DNA of 64,000 bases from Vulcanimicrobiota bacterium (GTDB lineage: Bacteria > Vulcanimicrobiota > Xenobia > Xenobiales > JADMJV01): the NCBI GenBank assembly GCA_050250895.1, contig JBFWNU010000006.1:183513-247512 (forward strand). The letters run 5' to 3'. Shown piece by piece: positions 19,934 to 29,418 of the stretch. A program made the translations under genes and the position numbers. Position 1 is the stretch's first letter. Each line of letters begins with the position of its first letter. The notes beneath the pieces are model-generated. The model was not told the origin of the DNA. It saw only the letters and a program-made list of their open reading frames with translations, and did not search any database.

Positions 19934-20812
19934 ATGAGCATCATTATCGACAAAAACACTAAAGTTATCGTCCAGGGCATCACCGGCAAGGAAGGGGCTT
20001 TCCATACCCGCCAGATGCTCGACTACGGCACCAAAGTGGTGGGCGGAGTGACGCCCGGCAAGGGAGGCCAGCAGGTTCACGGTCTACCGGTGTTCAACAC
20101 CGTTCGCCAGGCCGTCAAGCAGACCGGCGCCACCGCCTCGGTCATCTTCGTGCCCGCTGCCTTTGCGGCCGATGCCGTCTCGGAGGCTGCCAACGCCGGC
20201 GTCGAGACGGTGGTTTGCATCACCGAAGGCGTGCCGATCAACGACATGGTGATCGTTCGCGACGAAGTCGTGCGGATGGGCGTGCGCCTGATCGGTCCCA
20301 ATTGCCCGGGAATCATCACCCCCGGCGAATGCAAGATCGGCATCATGCCGGGCAACATCTTCTCTTCTGGCCCGGTGGGCCTGATCTCGCGCAGCGGCAC
20401 CCTGACCTATCAGGCCGTCGACGAACTAACCCGCGCCGGTCTGGGCCAGTCCACCTGCGTCGGCATCGGCGGTGACCCGGTGCTGGGGACCTACTTCCGG
20501 GACGTGCTCGAGATGTTCGCTGCGGATCCCAAGACCAAAGGCGTGGTGCTCATCGGCGAGATCGGCGGCAGCGCCGAGGAAGAAGCGGCCGCGCTACTGG
20601 CCGACCTCAAGCTGCCCACGGTGGCCATGATCGCCGGCCGCACCGCCCCTCCTGGTAAGCGCATGGGCCACGCCGGCGCCATCGTGTCGGGCTCGAGCGG
20701 CACGGCCGCGGCCAAAGTGGCGGCTTTCGAAGCCGTCGGCATCGCCGTGCCCGAGACCACCGAGGGCATGGTAGCCGAAATCAAAAAGATCCTCCAAGCC
20801 GCCGCCGTCTAG
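19934..20812 (+). CDS. sucD: Succinyl-CoA ligase alpha subunit
   Basis: [32 protein letters not shown] (phospho-His). Confidence 0.98.
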   Translation: MSIIIDKNTKVIVQGITGKEGAFHTRQMLDYGTKVVGGVTPGKGGQQVHGLPVFNTVRQAVKQTGATASVIFVPAAFAADAVSEAANAGVETVVCITEGVPINDMVIVRDEVVRMGVRLIGPNCPGIITPGECKIGIMPGNIFSSGPVGLISRSGTLTYQAVDELTRAGLGQSTCVGIGGDPVLGTYFRDVLEMFAADPKTKGVVLIGEIGGSAEEEAAALLADLKLPTVAMIAGRTAPPGKRMGHAGAIVSGSSGTAAAKVAAFEAVGIAVPETTEGMVAEIKKILQAAAV

Positions 20813-21026
20813 GGGGCGGCCTTCGGCCGGGAGAAGCTCTCGCTTTGCTCGCGGGAAAAGGAGCGGCCCTGCGGGCCGGGGGAAGGAGCGAACTGAGCTG
20901 TCGCTCAGTTCGGGAGGAGCTATGCCGCTCTTCTCCGCGCGGAGCGCACGGCTCCTTCTCCAGCGGCGTCAGCCGCTCTCCTTGTCGACGCGCAGCGTCG
21001 AAGTCTCAGCCGTAGGGCTGCTCCCT
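20811..21026. other. Highly structured intergenic element (rod with paired side hairpins); ncRNA, MITE-like element or bidirectional terminator
   Basis: Nested stems, e.g. 20879-20889/20951-20961 and 20912-20920/20927-20935, plus at least 7 side hairpins. Confidence 0.65.
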
Positions 21027-21027
21027 G

Positions 21028-21798
21028 TCAGCGGCGTGAGCCGCCCAGCTTCTCCCAGGCCAACAAAGCCGTCAGGGTCACTGCCAGGGTCAGCGTCGAA
21101 ATGGCGTTGAGCTCGGGGGTGACCCCGAACTTTAGCATGGAGTAGATCTCCAGCGGTAGCGTGCCCGAGCCGATGCCGGCGGTGAAGAAGGTGACCACGA
21201 AGTCGTCGAACGACAGAGTGAAGGCCAACAGCCCTCCCGAGAGCACGCCAGGCAGGATGCGGGGAAAGGTGACCAGCCAGAAGACCTGCCAGGGAGTGGC
21301 TCCCAGGTCGGCCGCCGCTTCCTCTACCGAGAGGTCCATTCCGGCCAGGCGGCTGCGGATGGCGGCCGTGGCGTAGCCGATCGAGAGCGCAATGTGGGCG
21401 GCGATGACGGTGCCGATCGAGAGCTGGACCCCCAGCCCTACAAAGAAGGTTAGCAGCGAGGTACCCATTACGATCTCGGGGATGGCCAGGGGCAGATAGA
21501 TCAGGGTGCTCACGGCCCGCTGGCCCTGGAAGCGATAGCGAGTCAGTGCCATGGCGGCCAGGGTGGCGAAGATGGTGGCCACCAGGCTCGAGATGAGGCC
21601 GACCTTGAGGCTGTTGAGCAGGGCCCGCTGGAGTTCGATGTTGTCCAGCAGGCTGCCGTACCACTTGAAAGTGAAGCCTTTCCAGACGACATTGCGTTTG
21701 TCGTCATTGAAGCTAAACGCCACCAGCACCAGCACCGGCAGATACAAGAAAAGATAGACCAGGCCGCAATGGATTTTGAGATAGGCCGGAGTCTTCAC
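21028..21798 (-). CDS. potC: Spermidine/putrescine ABC transporter permease PotC
   Basis: FLYLP, EEAAADLGA (EAA loop), FTLSFDDF, TLPLEIY. Confidence 0.92.
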   Translation of the reverse strand: MKTPAYLKIHCGLVYLFLYLPVLVLVAFSFNDDKRNVVWKGFTFKWYGSLLDNIELQRALLNSLKVGLISSLVATIFATLAAMALTRYRFQGQRAVSTLIYLPLAIPEIVMGTSLLTFFVGLGVQLSIGTVIAAHIALSIGYATAAIRSRLAGMDLSVEEAAADLGATPWQVFWLVTFPRILPGVLSGGLLAFTLSFDDFVVTFFTAGIGSGTLPLEIYSMLKFGVTPELNAISTLTLAVTLTALLAWEKLGGSRR

Positions 21799-22637
21799 GC
21801 GTCGAGTTCTCCCAGCGTGTTATAGGCCATCACCCCGACCGCCATCAGAACGATCAATACTAGCGAAAGGGCCGAGCCGAAAGGCCAGTCGAAGAGGCCC
21901 AGATACTGCTGCTGGATGAGATTGCCGATCATCTGGGTGTCGGGGCCACCTAGCAGGTCGGGGGTGACGAAGTCGCCCATGGCCGGCACGAAGGTCAGCA
22001 GGCTGCCGGCCACCACTCCCGGCAGGGATAGAGGCAGAATGACGGTCCAGAAAGTCTTGAAGCTGGAGGCTCCGAGGTCTACGGCAGCATCGAGCAGGCT
22101 GCGATCAAGATGCTCGAGAGCTACGTAGATGGGCAGGGTGGCAAAAGGGAGCAAAGCATAGGTCAGACCGAGCACCACTGCGCCCGGGGTGTTGAGCATC
22201 TGGATCGGTTCTGTGACCAGTCCGAGGCTCAGCAACAGGCTGTTGAGCAGGCCCTCGGTTTGAAGCAAAGTCATCCAGGCGTAGGTGCGCACCAGATATG
22301 AGGTCCAGAAAGGCAGCATGATCAAGATCAACAGGGTCGAGCGTCGTTTGCCTCCGTAGAGGGCGATGGTGTAGGCCAGCGGATAACCTAGCAGTAGACA
22401 GAGCACGGTGGTGAGGCCGGCGTAGAGGACCGAGCGCAGCAAAGTGGGCAGATAGTCGACGGAAAGGGCACGCTGGTAGTTGCTGAGGGTCCAGCTCGAA
22501 AGAATCTCGTATTCGTCCGACATCGGGTGTAGACTCTGCAGAACCACGGTCAAGAGCGGACCCAGCACGAAGCAGACGTTCCACAGCAAAAATGGCGCCA
22601 GGAGCAGCCAGGGAGCCCAACGTTTGGTGATCTTCAC
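21795..22637 (-). CDS. potB: Spermidine/putrescine ABC transporter permease PotB
   Basis: LGYPLAY, PFWTSYLVRTYAW, DAAVDLGA, DWPFGSA; GTG 22637 overlaps the potD stop. Confidence 0.92.
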   Translation of the reverse strand: MKITKRWAPWLLLAPFLLWNVCFVLGPLLTVVLQSLHPMSDEYEILSSWTLSNYQRALSVDYLPTLLRSVLYAGLTTVLCLLLGYPLAYTIALYGGKRRSTLLILIMLPFWTSYLVRTYAWMTLLQTEGLLNSLLLSLGLVTEPIQMLNTPGAVVLGLTYALLPFATLPIYVALEHLDRSLLDAAVDLGASSFKTFWTVILPLSLPGVVAGSLLTFVPAMGDFVTPDLLGGPDTQMIGNLIQQQYLGLFDWPFGSALSLVLIVLMAVGVMAYNTLGELDA

Positions 22638-23662
22638 AGCTTCACCTCGCCCCAGATACGGTCCCACTGTCGCTCCGCCGGTCCGATGTCGGCCTGATAG
22701 GCCAGGCGCTCGATGAGGTCGGTTGGAGGAAAGCCCAGCGGCGAGTCGATAAGTTCGGGCCGCACCAACGCTTTGGAGGCCACGACAGGGTTGGCGTAGC
22801 CCACTTTGTCGGTGATGGCGGCGGCCACCTGGGGCTCGGCCAGATAGGCCAGAAACTGATGGGCCGCCTCGGGATGCGGGGCGGTCTTGGGGATCACCAG
22901 GCTGTCGACGAAGAGAAAGCTGCCCTCTTTAGGCACGAAGTAGTCGATATCAGGGTTGGCGTCGCGCGCTTGCGAGACGTCACCGCTCCAGCCCAGAGCG
23001 GCCCACGTCTCGCCCCGGACCAGGTCGTCGGTGAAGTCCGAGGTGTAGCGTCGCACCAGCGGGCGCTGCTCGAGCAGGGCTCGTTTCGCTTGCTCGAGTT
23101 CTTTCGGCTCGGTGCTGTTGCCCGAGAAGCCCTCGCGAAAGAGCGCCATGCCGATGGCGTCACGCTTCTCGTCGAGAATGGTGATGCGTCGGCGCAGGCT
23201 CTCGTCCCAGAGCAAGTTCCAGGAGGTCCCCGGATTCTTGATCTTGCTCTTGTTGTAGGCGATCCCGGTCGTGCCCCAGAGATAAGGAACGCAGTAGCGC
23301 TGCTCGGGATCCCAGGGCGGGGCCAGCAGGCCGGGCATATAACCCGAGAGGTCGGGCTTGGGGTCGATTTCGGCCAACAAGCCCTGGCGGATCATTCTCC
23401 GGACCATATAGTCGGGCGCCACCACCAGGTCATAGCCGGTCACACCGATTTTGAGCTTGGCATACATCACATCGGCTGACGAGAATTCCTCGTAATTGAC
23501 GCGGATGCCGGTCCGCTGCTCGAAATCGGGAATGGTCGAGTCGGCCACAAACTTGGACCAGTTATAGAAATTGAGAACCTTGCTCTGGGAATCAAGGCAG
23601 GCAAGGGTGCTCAGCCCGGCCCCGCAGACCAGGAACTTGAGAAAGCTACGTCTGCGGATCAT
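22634..23662 (-). CDS. potD: Polyamine ABC substrate-binding protein PotD/PotF with Tat-type lipoprotein signal
   Basis: RRRSFLK...LAC; YNWS.F, GYDLV.P.DY, PYLWGTTGIAYN, WSGD, PKEGS. Confidence 0.9.
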   Translation of the reverse strand: MIRRRSFLKFLVCGAGLSTLACLDSQSKVLNFYNWSKFVADSTIPDFEQRTGIRVNYEEFSSADVMYAKLKIGVTGYDLVVAPDYMVRRMIRQGLLAEIDPKPDLSGYMPGLLAPPWDPEQRYCVPYLWGTTGIAYNKSKIKNPGTSWNLLWDESLRRRITILDEKRDAIGMALFREGFSGNSTEPKELEQAKRALLEQRPLVRRYTSDFTDDLVRGETWAALGWSGDVSQARDANPDIDYFVPKEGSFLFVDSLVIPKTAPHPEAAHQFLAYLAEPQVAAAITDKVGYANPVVASKALVRPELIDSPLGFPPTDLIERLAYQADIGPAERQWDRIWGEVKL

Positions 23663-24738
23663 TCGTCGCCGTGGAGTAGAGAACCGCTGGTGGGATCCCA
23701 GGAGATATAGACTTCACCGTCGCCGGGACCGGCGTCGCTGGAGAGGTGTTCGGCCACGATGGTCTGACCACCCTCGATCTCGACCGTCTGGCGAGTCACG
23801 GGGCCAAGAAAGGACGTCTCGAGAACCCGGCCTTTGAGGTGATTGGACGCCTCTGGGCCGGGCTTTTCGGCCAGGGTCACGCGTTCGGGTCTCAGGGCCA
23901 GTTCACAGTGGTCGCCACGGGTAAACCCGTTGCGTAAGGGGACACGTAACTGGCCGCCAGCGAAGTCGACGGTGGCCTGGCCATTGTCGACCGCCAGGAT
24001 CCTGACCGGCAGCAGGTTCACCTCTCCGATGAACTCGGCCACGAAGCGGTTCTCAGGGTTGTCGTAGAGGTCGCGGGGAGAGCACACCTGCTGAAGTTTG
24101 CCCGCGCGGAGCACCGCCACCCGGTCAGACATGGTCAGGGCCTCTTCCTGGTCATGGGTGACCAGTACGAAAGTGATGCCGACCTCGCGTTGGAGCTGCT
24201 TGAGTTCGCGCCGCATGTCTTTGCGTAGTTGGGAATCGAGAGCGCCCATCGGTTCGTCGAGCAACAACACCTCGGGACGGTTCACCAGGGCTCGGGCTAG
24301 CGCGACCCGTTGCTTTTGGCCGCCCGAGAGCTGGCTGATGCGGCGTTTACCATATTCCTCCAGGCGCACCAGGCCCAGGGCTTCGGTGGTGCGCCGATTC
24401 AATTCGGAGGCTTTGACGCCCTGGCGACGCAACCCGAAGGCGACATTCTCGAAGACGTTCAGGTGAGGAAACAGGGCGTAGTTCTGGAAGACGGTGTTGA
24501 CATTGCGTCGATAGGCGGGCACGCCACTCATCTTCTCGCCAGCAATGTAGATCTCGCCCTCGCTGGGTTCTTCGAACCCGGCGATCATTCTGAGGGTGGT
24601 CGTCTTGCCGCAGCCCGACGGCCCGAGCAAAGAAAAAAACTCTCCTCGGCCGATCTCGAGGTTGAGCTTGGAAACAGCGATGGTATTCTGGTCGAAGCGC
24701 TTGACGATGCCGTCAAGACGGACAGCCGGTTTGTCCAA
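23659..24738 (-). CDS. potA: Polyamine ABC transporter ATPase PotA
   Basis: GPSGCGKTT, VFQNYALFPH, LSGGQ, LLDEP, VTHDQEEA, TOBE tail. Confidence 0.93.
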   Translation of the reverse strand: MDKPAVRLDGIVKRFDQNTIAVSKLNLEIGRGEFFSLLGPSGCGKTTTLRMIAGFEEPSEGEIYIAGEKMSGVPAYRRNVNTVFQNYALFPHLNVFENVAFGLRRQGVKASELNRRTTEALGLVRLEEYGKRRISQLSGGQKQRVALARALVNRPEVLLLDEPMGALDSQLRKDMRRELKQLQREVGITFVLVTHDQEEALTMSDRVAVLRAGKLQQVCSPRDLYDNPENRFVAEFIGEVNLLPVRILAVDNGQATVDFAGGQLRVPLRNGFTRGDHCELALRPERVTLAEKPGPEASNHLKGRVLETSFLGPVTRQTVEIEGGQTIVAEHLSSDAGPGDGEVYISWDPTSGSLLHGDE

Positions 24739-24776
24739 TCATTCGTCCTCCTACGGTTCGATGGCGACGTTCTTTG

Positions 24777-26525
24777 TCAGGAAAGTCGCTTCCTGGCAAA
24801 TTCCGCCAGAGGCTTCGGCAATTTCCGAGAATCTTCCCAGAACGCCGCCAGCATCTCTTCGAAATGCTGCTTCAACCATAGAATTCTCAAATGAAACTGA
24901 CGGTCCTCCAGGATTTCGAAACGAGCTGGATCGCAGGTCAGGCCGCTGGCCGAGACGACCGCCACCGCACCGGGGCAACCCAGGTCCACGATCTTGGATT
25001 TCATGAGCACTCCCGACTTCACGAAGACGACTCGACCAGGTCCGCTGAGGCTGGCGGGAATGGTCAGAATGGCAAAACAAGCTAAAGGATGAGATTGATC
25101 GAGTCTGGGTAGTTCGAAACTCAGGTGGGGGAGGCGGCTTTTGGACACCACCAGGCCGCTGGACAGATCGAGATTACCGGGACGCTCCACTTGAACAATG
25201 AACGACTTCCCGGCCGTGCCGGGAGGGCTCGGCGGGAGGCTGCTCAGTCCGCCCAGATAATAGATAGTGGCGCGTCGCTCGGAGGGGGCTGGACCCATCA
25301 GCAGATCGGCGTGCGCGGCCCGCGGAACCAGATAGCGTTCCACCAGGCTAAAGCGCCTGGAGACTGACAGCGACAAGATGTCGTCGAGATAGCCGTCGGG
25401 CGAGAATTGTTCGACCGTGGGCGAGAAGAGGTGGCGGCCGTCGAAGCGGATACGAAGGGGCGCGAAGCGACAGCGTTCCGCCGCCCGATATTCGAGAGCC
25501 GCATGGTCGAGGCTGCGTCGGCTTCGCCCCAGGCTGGCCAGCAGTGAGCGGTCGGGCTGGCGCCGCACTGTCAGTCGACAGCCTTCGGGGATGGAACGGG
25601 GAGGGCGGTTGGCCTCGCCCATTCGCTCTTCTCCATTGGCGAAAAGCTGCAGGCTAGAAGAATGCTTGCGGTCCCAGCGCGTCCATTCAACGCAGAAGGG
25701 CTTCTCGGCGTGGGCTCCCCTGAGGCTCAGGATCAGGTCTCGCAGCGTGTCGGGCAGGTCGGTGAGTTCTCGCTTGGAGGGGCCGTCGTGGACCCACTCT
25801 CGCAGTTTGAGCAAGTGGACGGCGTTGAGGTCGGTGCTGTCGACGGTGAGTTCGAAGGCGTCGCGAGTGATCGACCAGTTGACCTGAGTGGCCTGGCCTT
25901 GATAGGCGGCCTGGACCAACTTGAGGGGATAGAGGGCAGGCTCCATGAGTTCGGTCCAGCTCGGGGTGTAGCTCAGAGGGCGTTCCTCGGCCAGCAACTC
26001 GGCTCGGTGCGTGGGGGGCAGTTTGCCGAAGTAGGCCTGACGAGAGCCCACCCCTTTGAGTTCGACCATCCCCGGTGGGCCAAAGTCGAGTTTGCAAGGC
26101 TGCCCCTCGAGTTCGTGGAAGAGTTCGCTGGTCATGGCCACTCCTTCGGGCGGGGCGGCCTCTTGCAGGCGCCTGGCCACCGAGAGAGTGTGACCTAGAA
26201 TGTCTCCGGCCGGAGTGATGCGCACCCGGCCGATGTGAGCCCCGTAGCGCAAACGCACCGCCCCGCTGGGGGCGTCGTTCTGGCGGGGGCACAGCTCGAG
26301 CAGGGCCACCACTGCCCGCAAGCAGTTGGCGGGATGTTCGAAGCTGCACCAGATGCAATCACCCTCTTTGCGGAAGAGGACCCCACCCAGTCGCGTAACG
26401 ATTGCGTCGACCTGGGCATAGAAGTCGATCAGAAAATCGATGAGAGCTTCCTGGTCTTGTCGCAATTTGCTCGAAAAGCCCACGATATCGCCGGTTAGTA
26501 TCGTTCGGGTCAGCCACTCGCCCAT
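24777..26525 (-). CDS. Class III nucleotidyl cyclase domain fused to an uncharacterised C-terminal region
   Basis: GDIVGFS, KEGD, RYGAHIG, DILGHTLSVARRLQ, ELKG. Confidence 0.8.
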   Translation of the reverse strand: MGEWLTRTILTGDIVGFSSKLRQDQEALIDFLIDFYAQVDAIVTRLGGVLFRKEGDCIWCSFEHPANCLRAVVALLELCPRQNDAPSGAVRLRYGAHIGRVRITPAGDILGHTLSVARRLQEAAPPEGVAMTSELFHELEGQPCKLDFGPPGMVELKGVGSRQAYFGKLPPTHRAELLAEERPLSYTPSWTELMEPALYPLKLVQAAYQGQATQVNWSITRDAFELTVDSTDLNAVHLLKLREWVHDGPSKRELTDLPDTLRDLILSLRGAHAEKPFCVEWTRWDRKHSSSLQLFANGEERMGEANRPPRSIPEGCRLTVRRQPDRSLLASLGRSRRSLDHAALEYRAAERCRFAPLRIRFDGRHLFSPTVEQFSPDGYLDDILSLSVSRRFSLVERYLVPRAAHADLLMGPAPSERRATIYYLGGLSSLPPSPPGTAGKSFIVQVERPGNLDLSSGLVVSKSRLPHLSFELPRLDQSHPLACFAILTIPASLSGPGRVVFVKSGVLMKSKIVDLGCPGAVAVVSASGLTCDPARFEILEDRQFHLRILWLKQHFEEMLAAFWEDSRKLPKPLAEFARKRLS

Positions 26526-26654
26526 CGGAAGTAGTGTTCGATACCGCCGGGTGGGGCCCTGTCCGCTGCGCCGGCCCGAGAGATTGAAAATCCTTCAATC
26601 CCGCTTGAATACGATTCTTGGGCGGTCACCCTGAAGGAATCCTGAAAACAGGGG

Positions 26655-26683
26655 TTGTCAGCCCCAAAACGATGTGTTATACT
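26655..26683 (+). promoter_or_regulatory. sigma70 promoter TTGTCA-N17-TATACT with extended -10 TG
   Basis: Near-consensus hexamers, 17-nt spacer, TGnTATACT. Confidence 0.75.
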
Positions 26684-26816
26684 GCGGTCGTTAAGCACGC
26701 TTAACAAGTCCTTCGTGGCGCGGCTGCGCTCTCCGATGTTGGCACGGGGGTGTTAGGGCCGAAGTTGAAGCGTGTGGCCTACATAGTCCAGTATCTTACT
26801 ACAGGAGGCTTAGCCT

Positions 26817-26915
26817 ATGAGCACGAGTTTGGACCTTTTTTGGGAACTTTTCAAAAACACCGGTTCCCCCGAAGCGTATCTTCTCTACAGAGAGACACTG
26901 GACACCGCCGAGTAA
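26817..26915 (+). CDS. YqzL-like 32-aa protein MSTSLDLFWELFKNTGSPEAYLLYRETLDTAE (absent from the ORF track)
   Basis: AGGAGG RBS; W..F..TG..(D/E).YLL pattern as in the YqzL family; own promoter and terminator. Confidence 0.8.
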   Translation: MSTSLDLFWELFKNTGSPEAYLLYRETLDTAE

Positions 26916-26936
26916 CACTGAACAACTAAAGATTTT

Positions 26937-26967
26937 GGCCCCGTCTTCGGGGCCTTTTCATTTTCTT
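26937..26967 (+). terminator. Intrinsic terminator after the YqzL-like gene
   Basis: ggccccg-tctt-cggggcc followed by ttttcattttctt. Confidence 0.85.
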
Positions 26968-27726
26968 ATGCGAAAAACAATTCTGCTTCTAATCCTGATG
27001 ATGTTGGGCGCGCCTTCTCTGGCCGCGCCGGCCCGTGAGTTGAAGTTTTCAGCCGATAAGCTCGACTATGACGAGTCTAAGAAGATTGTCCGGTTGATCG
27101 GACAAGTTCGCATCGAGTCCGAAGGGACCATCATGACGGCCCCTTACGCCGAGTTCAACACCGAGACTCAAGTGGGTGACTTCGAGGGCGGCGTCAAGAT
27201 TGTCGGTCGCGGCACCACTGCTACGGGCAATCGGATGAGAGTTTGGTACGGCGACGAGCGCGGGCTACTCAAGGGCAATGTGCGGGTCGTGTCCGAGTCT
27301 GCTCCTGGCAGTGACCAGACCACGCCCACCGTGCTGCTCACGGACGAACTCGACTATTTCTGGGAGAAGGGCGAAGGTTATGCCCGCGGGCGCGTCAAGG
27401 TGCGCCAGGGTGACCGGCGCGGGTATTCTGATCGGGCCACCTATGATCAGAAGCGCCAGCTCGTCGTGATGTATGATAACGTGCGCTTCGAGCGAGGTGG
27501 AGAGGATTGGTTGACGGCGTCGGTGGCCACCATGAATCTAGCCGATGAAACGGTGGTGGCCGAAGGCCGAGTGGTGGCTCGGACCCGACTCGAGTCGACC
27601 AAAGAAGAGCCGGCTCAAGAGGAACAAGCCAAGCCTCTGCCCCGTCCCGACGTGGTCGAACCCGACTACGACCTCAAGCCGATCGACTCTTCCAAGCCGA
27701 TTCTTTTGCCCGGCCTCGACGACTGA
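26968..27726 (+). CDS. LptA/OstA-like beta-jellyroll periplasmic protein
   Basis: Signal peptide; repeated ADxLxY...L.G.V.I units. Confidence 0.8.
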   Translation: MRKTILLLILMMLGAPSLAAPARELKFSADKLDYDESKKIVRLIGQVRIESEGTIMTAPYAEFNTETQVGDFEGGVKIVGRGTTATGNRMRVWYGDERGLLKGNVRVVSESAPGSDQTTPTVLLTDELDYFWEKGEGYARGRVKVRQGDRRGYSDRATYDQKRQLVVMYDNVRFERGGEDWLTASVATMNLADETVVAEGRVVARTRLESTKEEPAQEEQAKPLPRPDVVEPDYDLKPIDSSKPILLPGLDD

Positions 27727-27776
27727 CCGGCCGCTTTACGGCAGGAGGCGTTGGGGCGAACGAGAACGGGCCGCGT

Positions 27777-29414
27777 ATGATTTTCAGGCGCTTGCTCTGC
27801 TGCCTTTTGCTGTTGATTTGCGTGGGTTCGGCCGGGGCCCAGGACCAAACCGAACTCGCCTGGAAGACCCGGGCCAATCTGGCTGCCGGCCATTGGGACC
27901 AGGCCCGGGCTGGACTGGAAGCCCTGGCTCGAGGGCACCACGGCGCCGCCGACCCCTTCGAGCAAGCCTTCGCGGCCAGGGCCCTGGCCGAGGGTGCCAG
28001 ACGCTTCCAGGGACGGGATTCGCGTCTGGCCGACCAGAGCTATCGGGCCGCCGCTGAGCGCCTCAAAAGCTTTGAGGGTTGGCTCTCGGAATATCCCAAT
28101 CTCATCGATGTGCATGGCTTTCAAGAGCCCGCCTGGATTCACGGTCAGGCCGAGGCGGTCAGCCAGGCCATCCTGGCCTGGTGCGAGTTGACCGAACTCG
28201 ACAAAGAGACGGGTCGCCGCGAACTCGTCGAGAAGTTTTGCGAGGGACTGCTGGCCCTTGACCGCAAGGACTCTTCTCGTTATCCGTTCGGGGCCCACAC
28301 GTCGTTTGCGGCCATCGGGCGCGGTTATGTGCCGGTCGAAGGTGGACCCGACGCCTCGGGAGCCGAGTGGGTGACCTCGCGAGCCTATCAGGTGGCCGCT
28401 CTGGCCCGAGCCGGGCAGCTCTATAATCGTAGCGAGTGGTTGGCGGCAGCCGAGAAAGAGGCCCTGGGCATGACTGCCCACCTCGTCGTAGCCGATCGAC
28501 CGGTGTTGGGCTTTGCGCCCCGCCCGATGGCCACCATCGACCCCCTGGCGGCTGCCGCCCTGGTCGAGAACCTGGTGGCCGTCTATCAGGCCAGCGGCAA
28601 GGATGTCTATGCGGTGTTGGCGGGCATCGGGGGAATTTGGGTCCGCCATCCCGAGGTCAGCAAGCGTCCCGAGGCAGTGGACCTGTTGAAGGCGGCTGTG
28701 GCCAATTTACCCGGTGACCGCTACCAGAACGGCGCGGATGTGGGCCGGCCGTCTGCCTATCAAGTGATGGACGCAGAGCGGGGCCGAGCCGTCAAAAAGG
28801 CTTTCGACATTCAAGACATCACCTATCCTGACGGCGAGGCCGGCCAGATCGTGACGGTCGGACGCGAGCAGATGTTTTGGATGCGCTTTGATGTCGATCG
28901 CGAAGACGATTACTTCTTCTACATGATTTTCCTCAAAAGCGAGGTCGGCGGCGGTCTGGTCTCGGTCATGATGCGAATCGACGGGGACAAGATCTTTCAG
29001 GTCAACCTGGGCGGGGCCTCGGGTGTGCCGTTCATGGATATCGAACTGGTCGAGGGGCCCCGTCACCTGCGCCAGGGCCCCCACTCGTTCGGCATTCGCT
29101 TCTCGGGACTCTTGATGACTCGTCCGGCGGTGCTGGACGCGGTGGTGGTGCAACCCGTGCTTGAACGTCGCACTCTCGATTTGCCGGGCGGCCGGCGCAT
29201 GATCGTCCTCAAGAACATGGCCACGACTCCGGCTCGGACCACCTACGAAGAGGTTCACCCCTGGCCCGCTTCGCGGATCGAGGTGGTCGATGGGACGGGC
29301 CAAACCGCCCAACTGAGCTACGAGACCGACCCGCGCCGGCGCAAAGACTATCTGGTCGTGCCGGCCGGCGGAGTGGCGATTCTCGAGTGGACCCCGGGTC
29401 CGGGAACGGAGTGA
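27777..29414 (+). CDS. Secreted hypothetical protein (helical N-region, beta-rich C-region)
   Basis: Signal peptide; 545-aa ORF ending 4 nt before murQ. Confidence 0.7.
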   Translation: MIFRRLLCCLLLLICVGSAGAQDQTELAWKTRANLAAGHWDQARAGLEALARGHHGAADPFEQAFAARALAEGARRFQGRDSRLADQSYRAAAERLKSFEGWLSEYPNLIDVHGFQEPAWIHGQAEAVSQAILAWCELTELDKETGRRELVEKFCEGLLALDRKDSSRYPFGAHTSFAAIGRGYVPVEGGPDASGAEWVTSRAYQVAALARAGQLYNRSEWLAAAEKEALGMTAHLVVADRPVLGFAPRPMATIDPLAAAALVENLVAVYQASGKDVYAVLAGIGGIWVRHPEVSKRPEAVDLLKAAVANLPGDRYQNGADVGRPSAYQVMDAERGRAVKKAFDIQDITYPDGEAGQIVTVGREQMFWMRFDVDREDDYFFYMIFLKSEVGGGLVSVMMRIDGDKIFQVNLGGASGVPFMDIELVEGPRHLRQGPHSFGIRFSGLLMTRPAVLDAVVVQPVLERRTLDLPGGRRMIVLKNMATTPARTTYEEVHPWPASRIEVVDGTGQTAQLSYETDPRRRKDYLVVPAGGVAILEWTPGPGTE

Positions 29415-29418
29415 TTGC

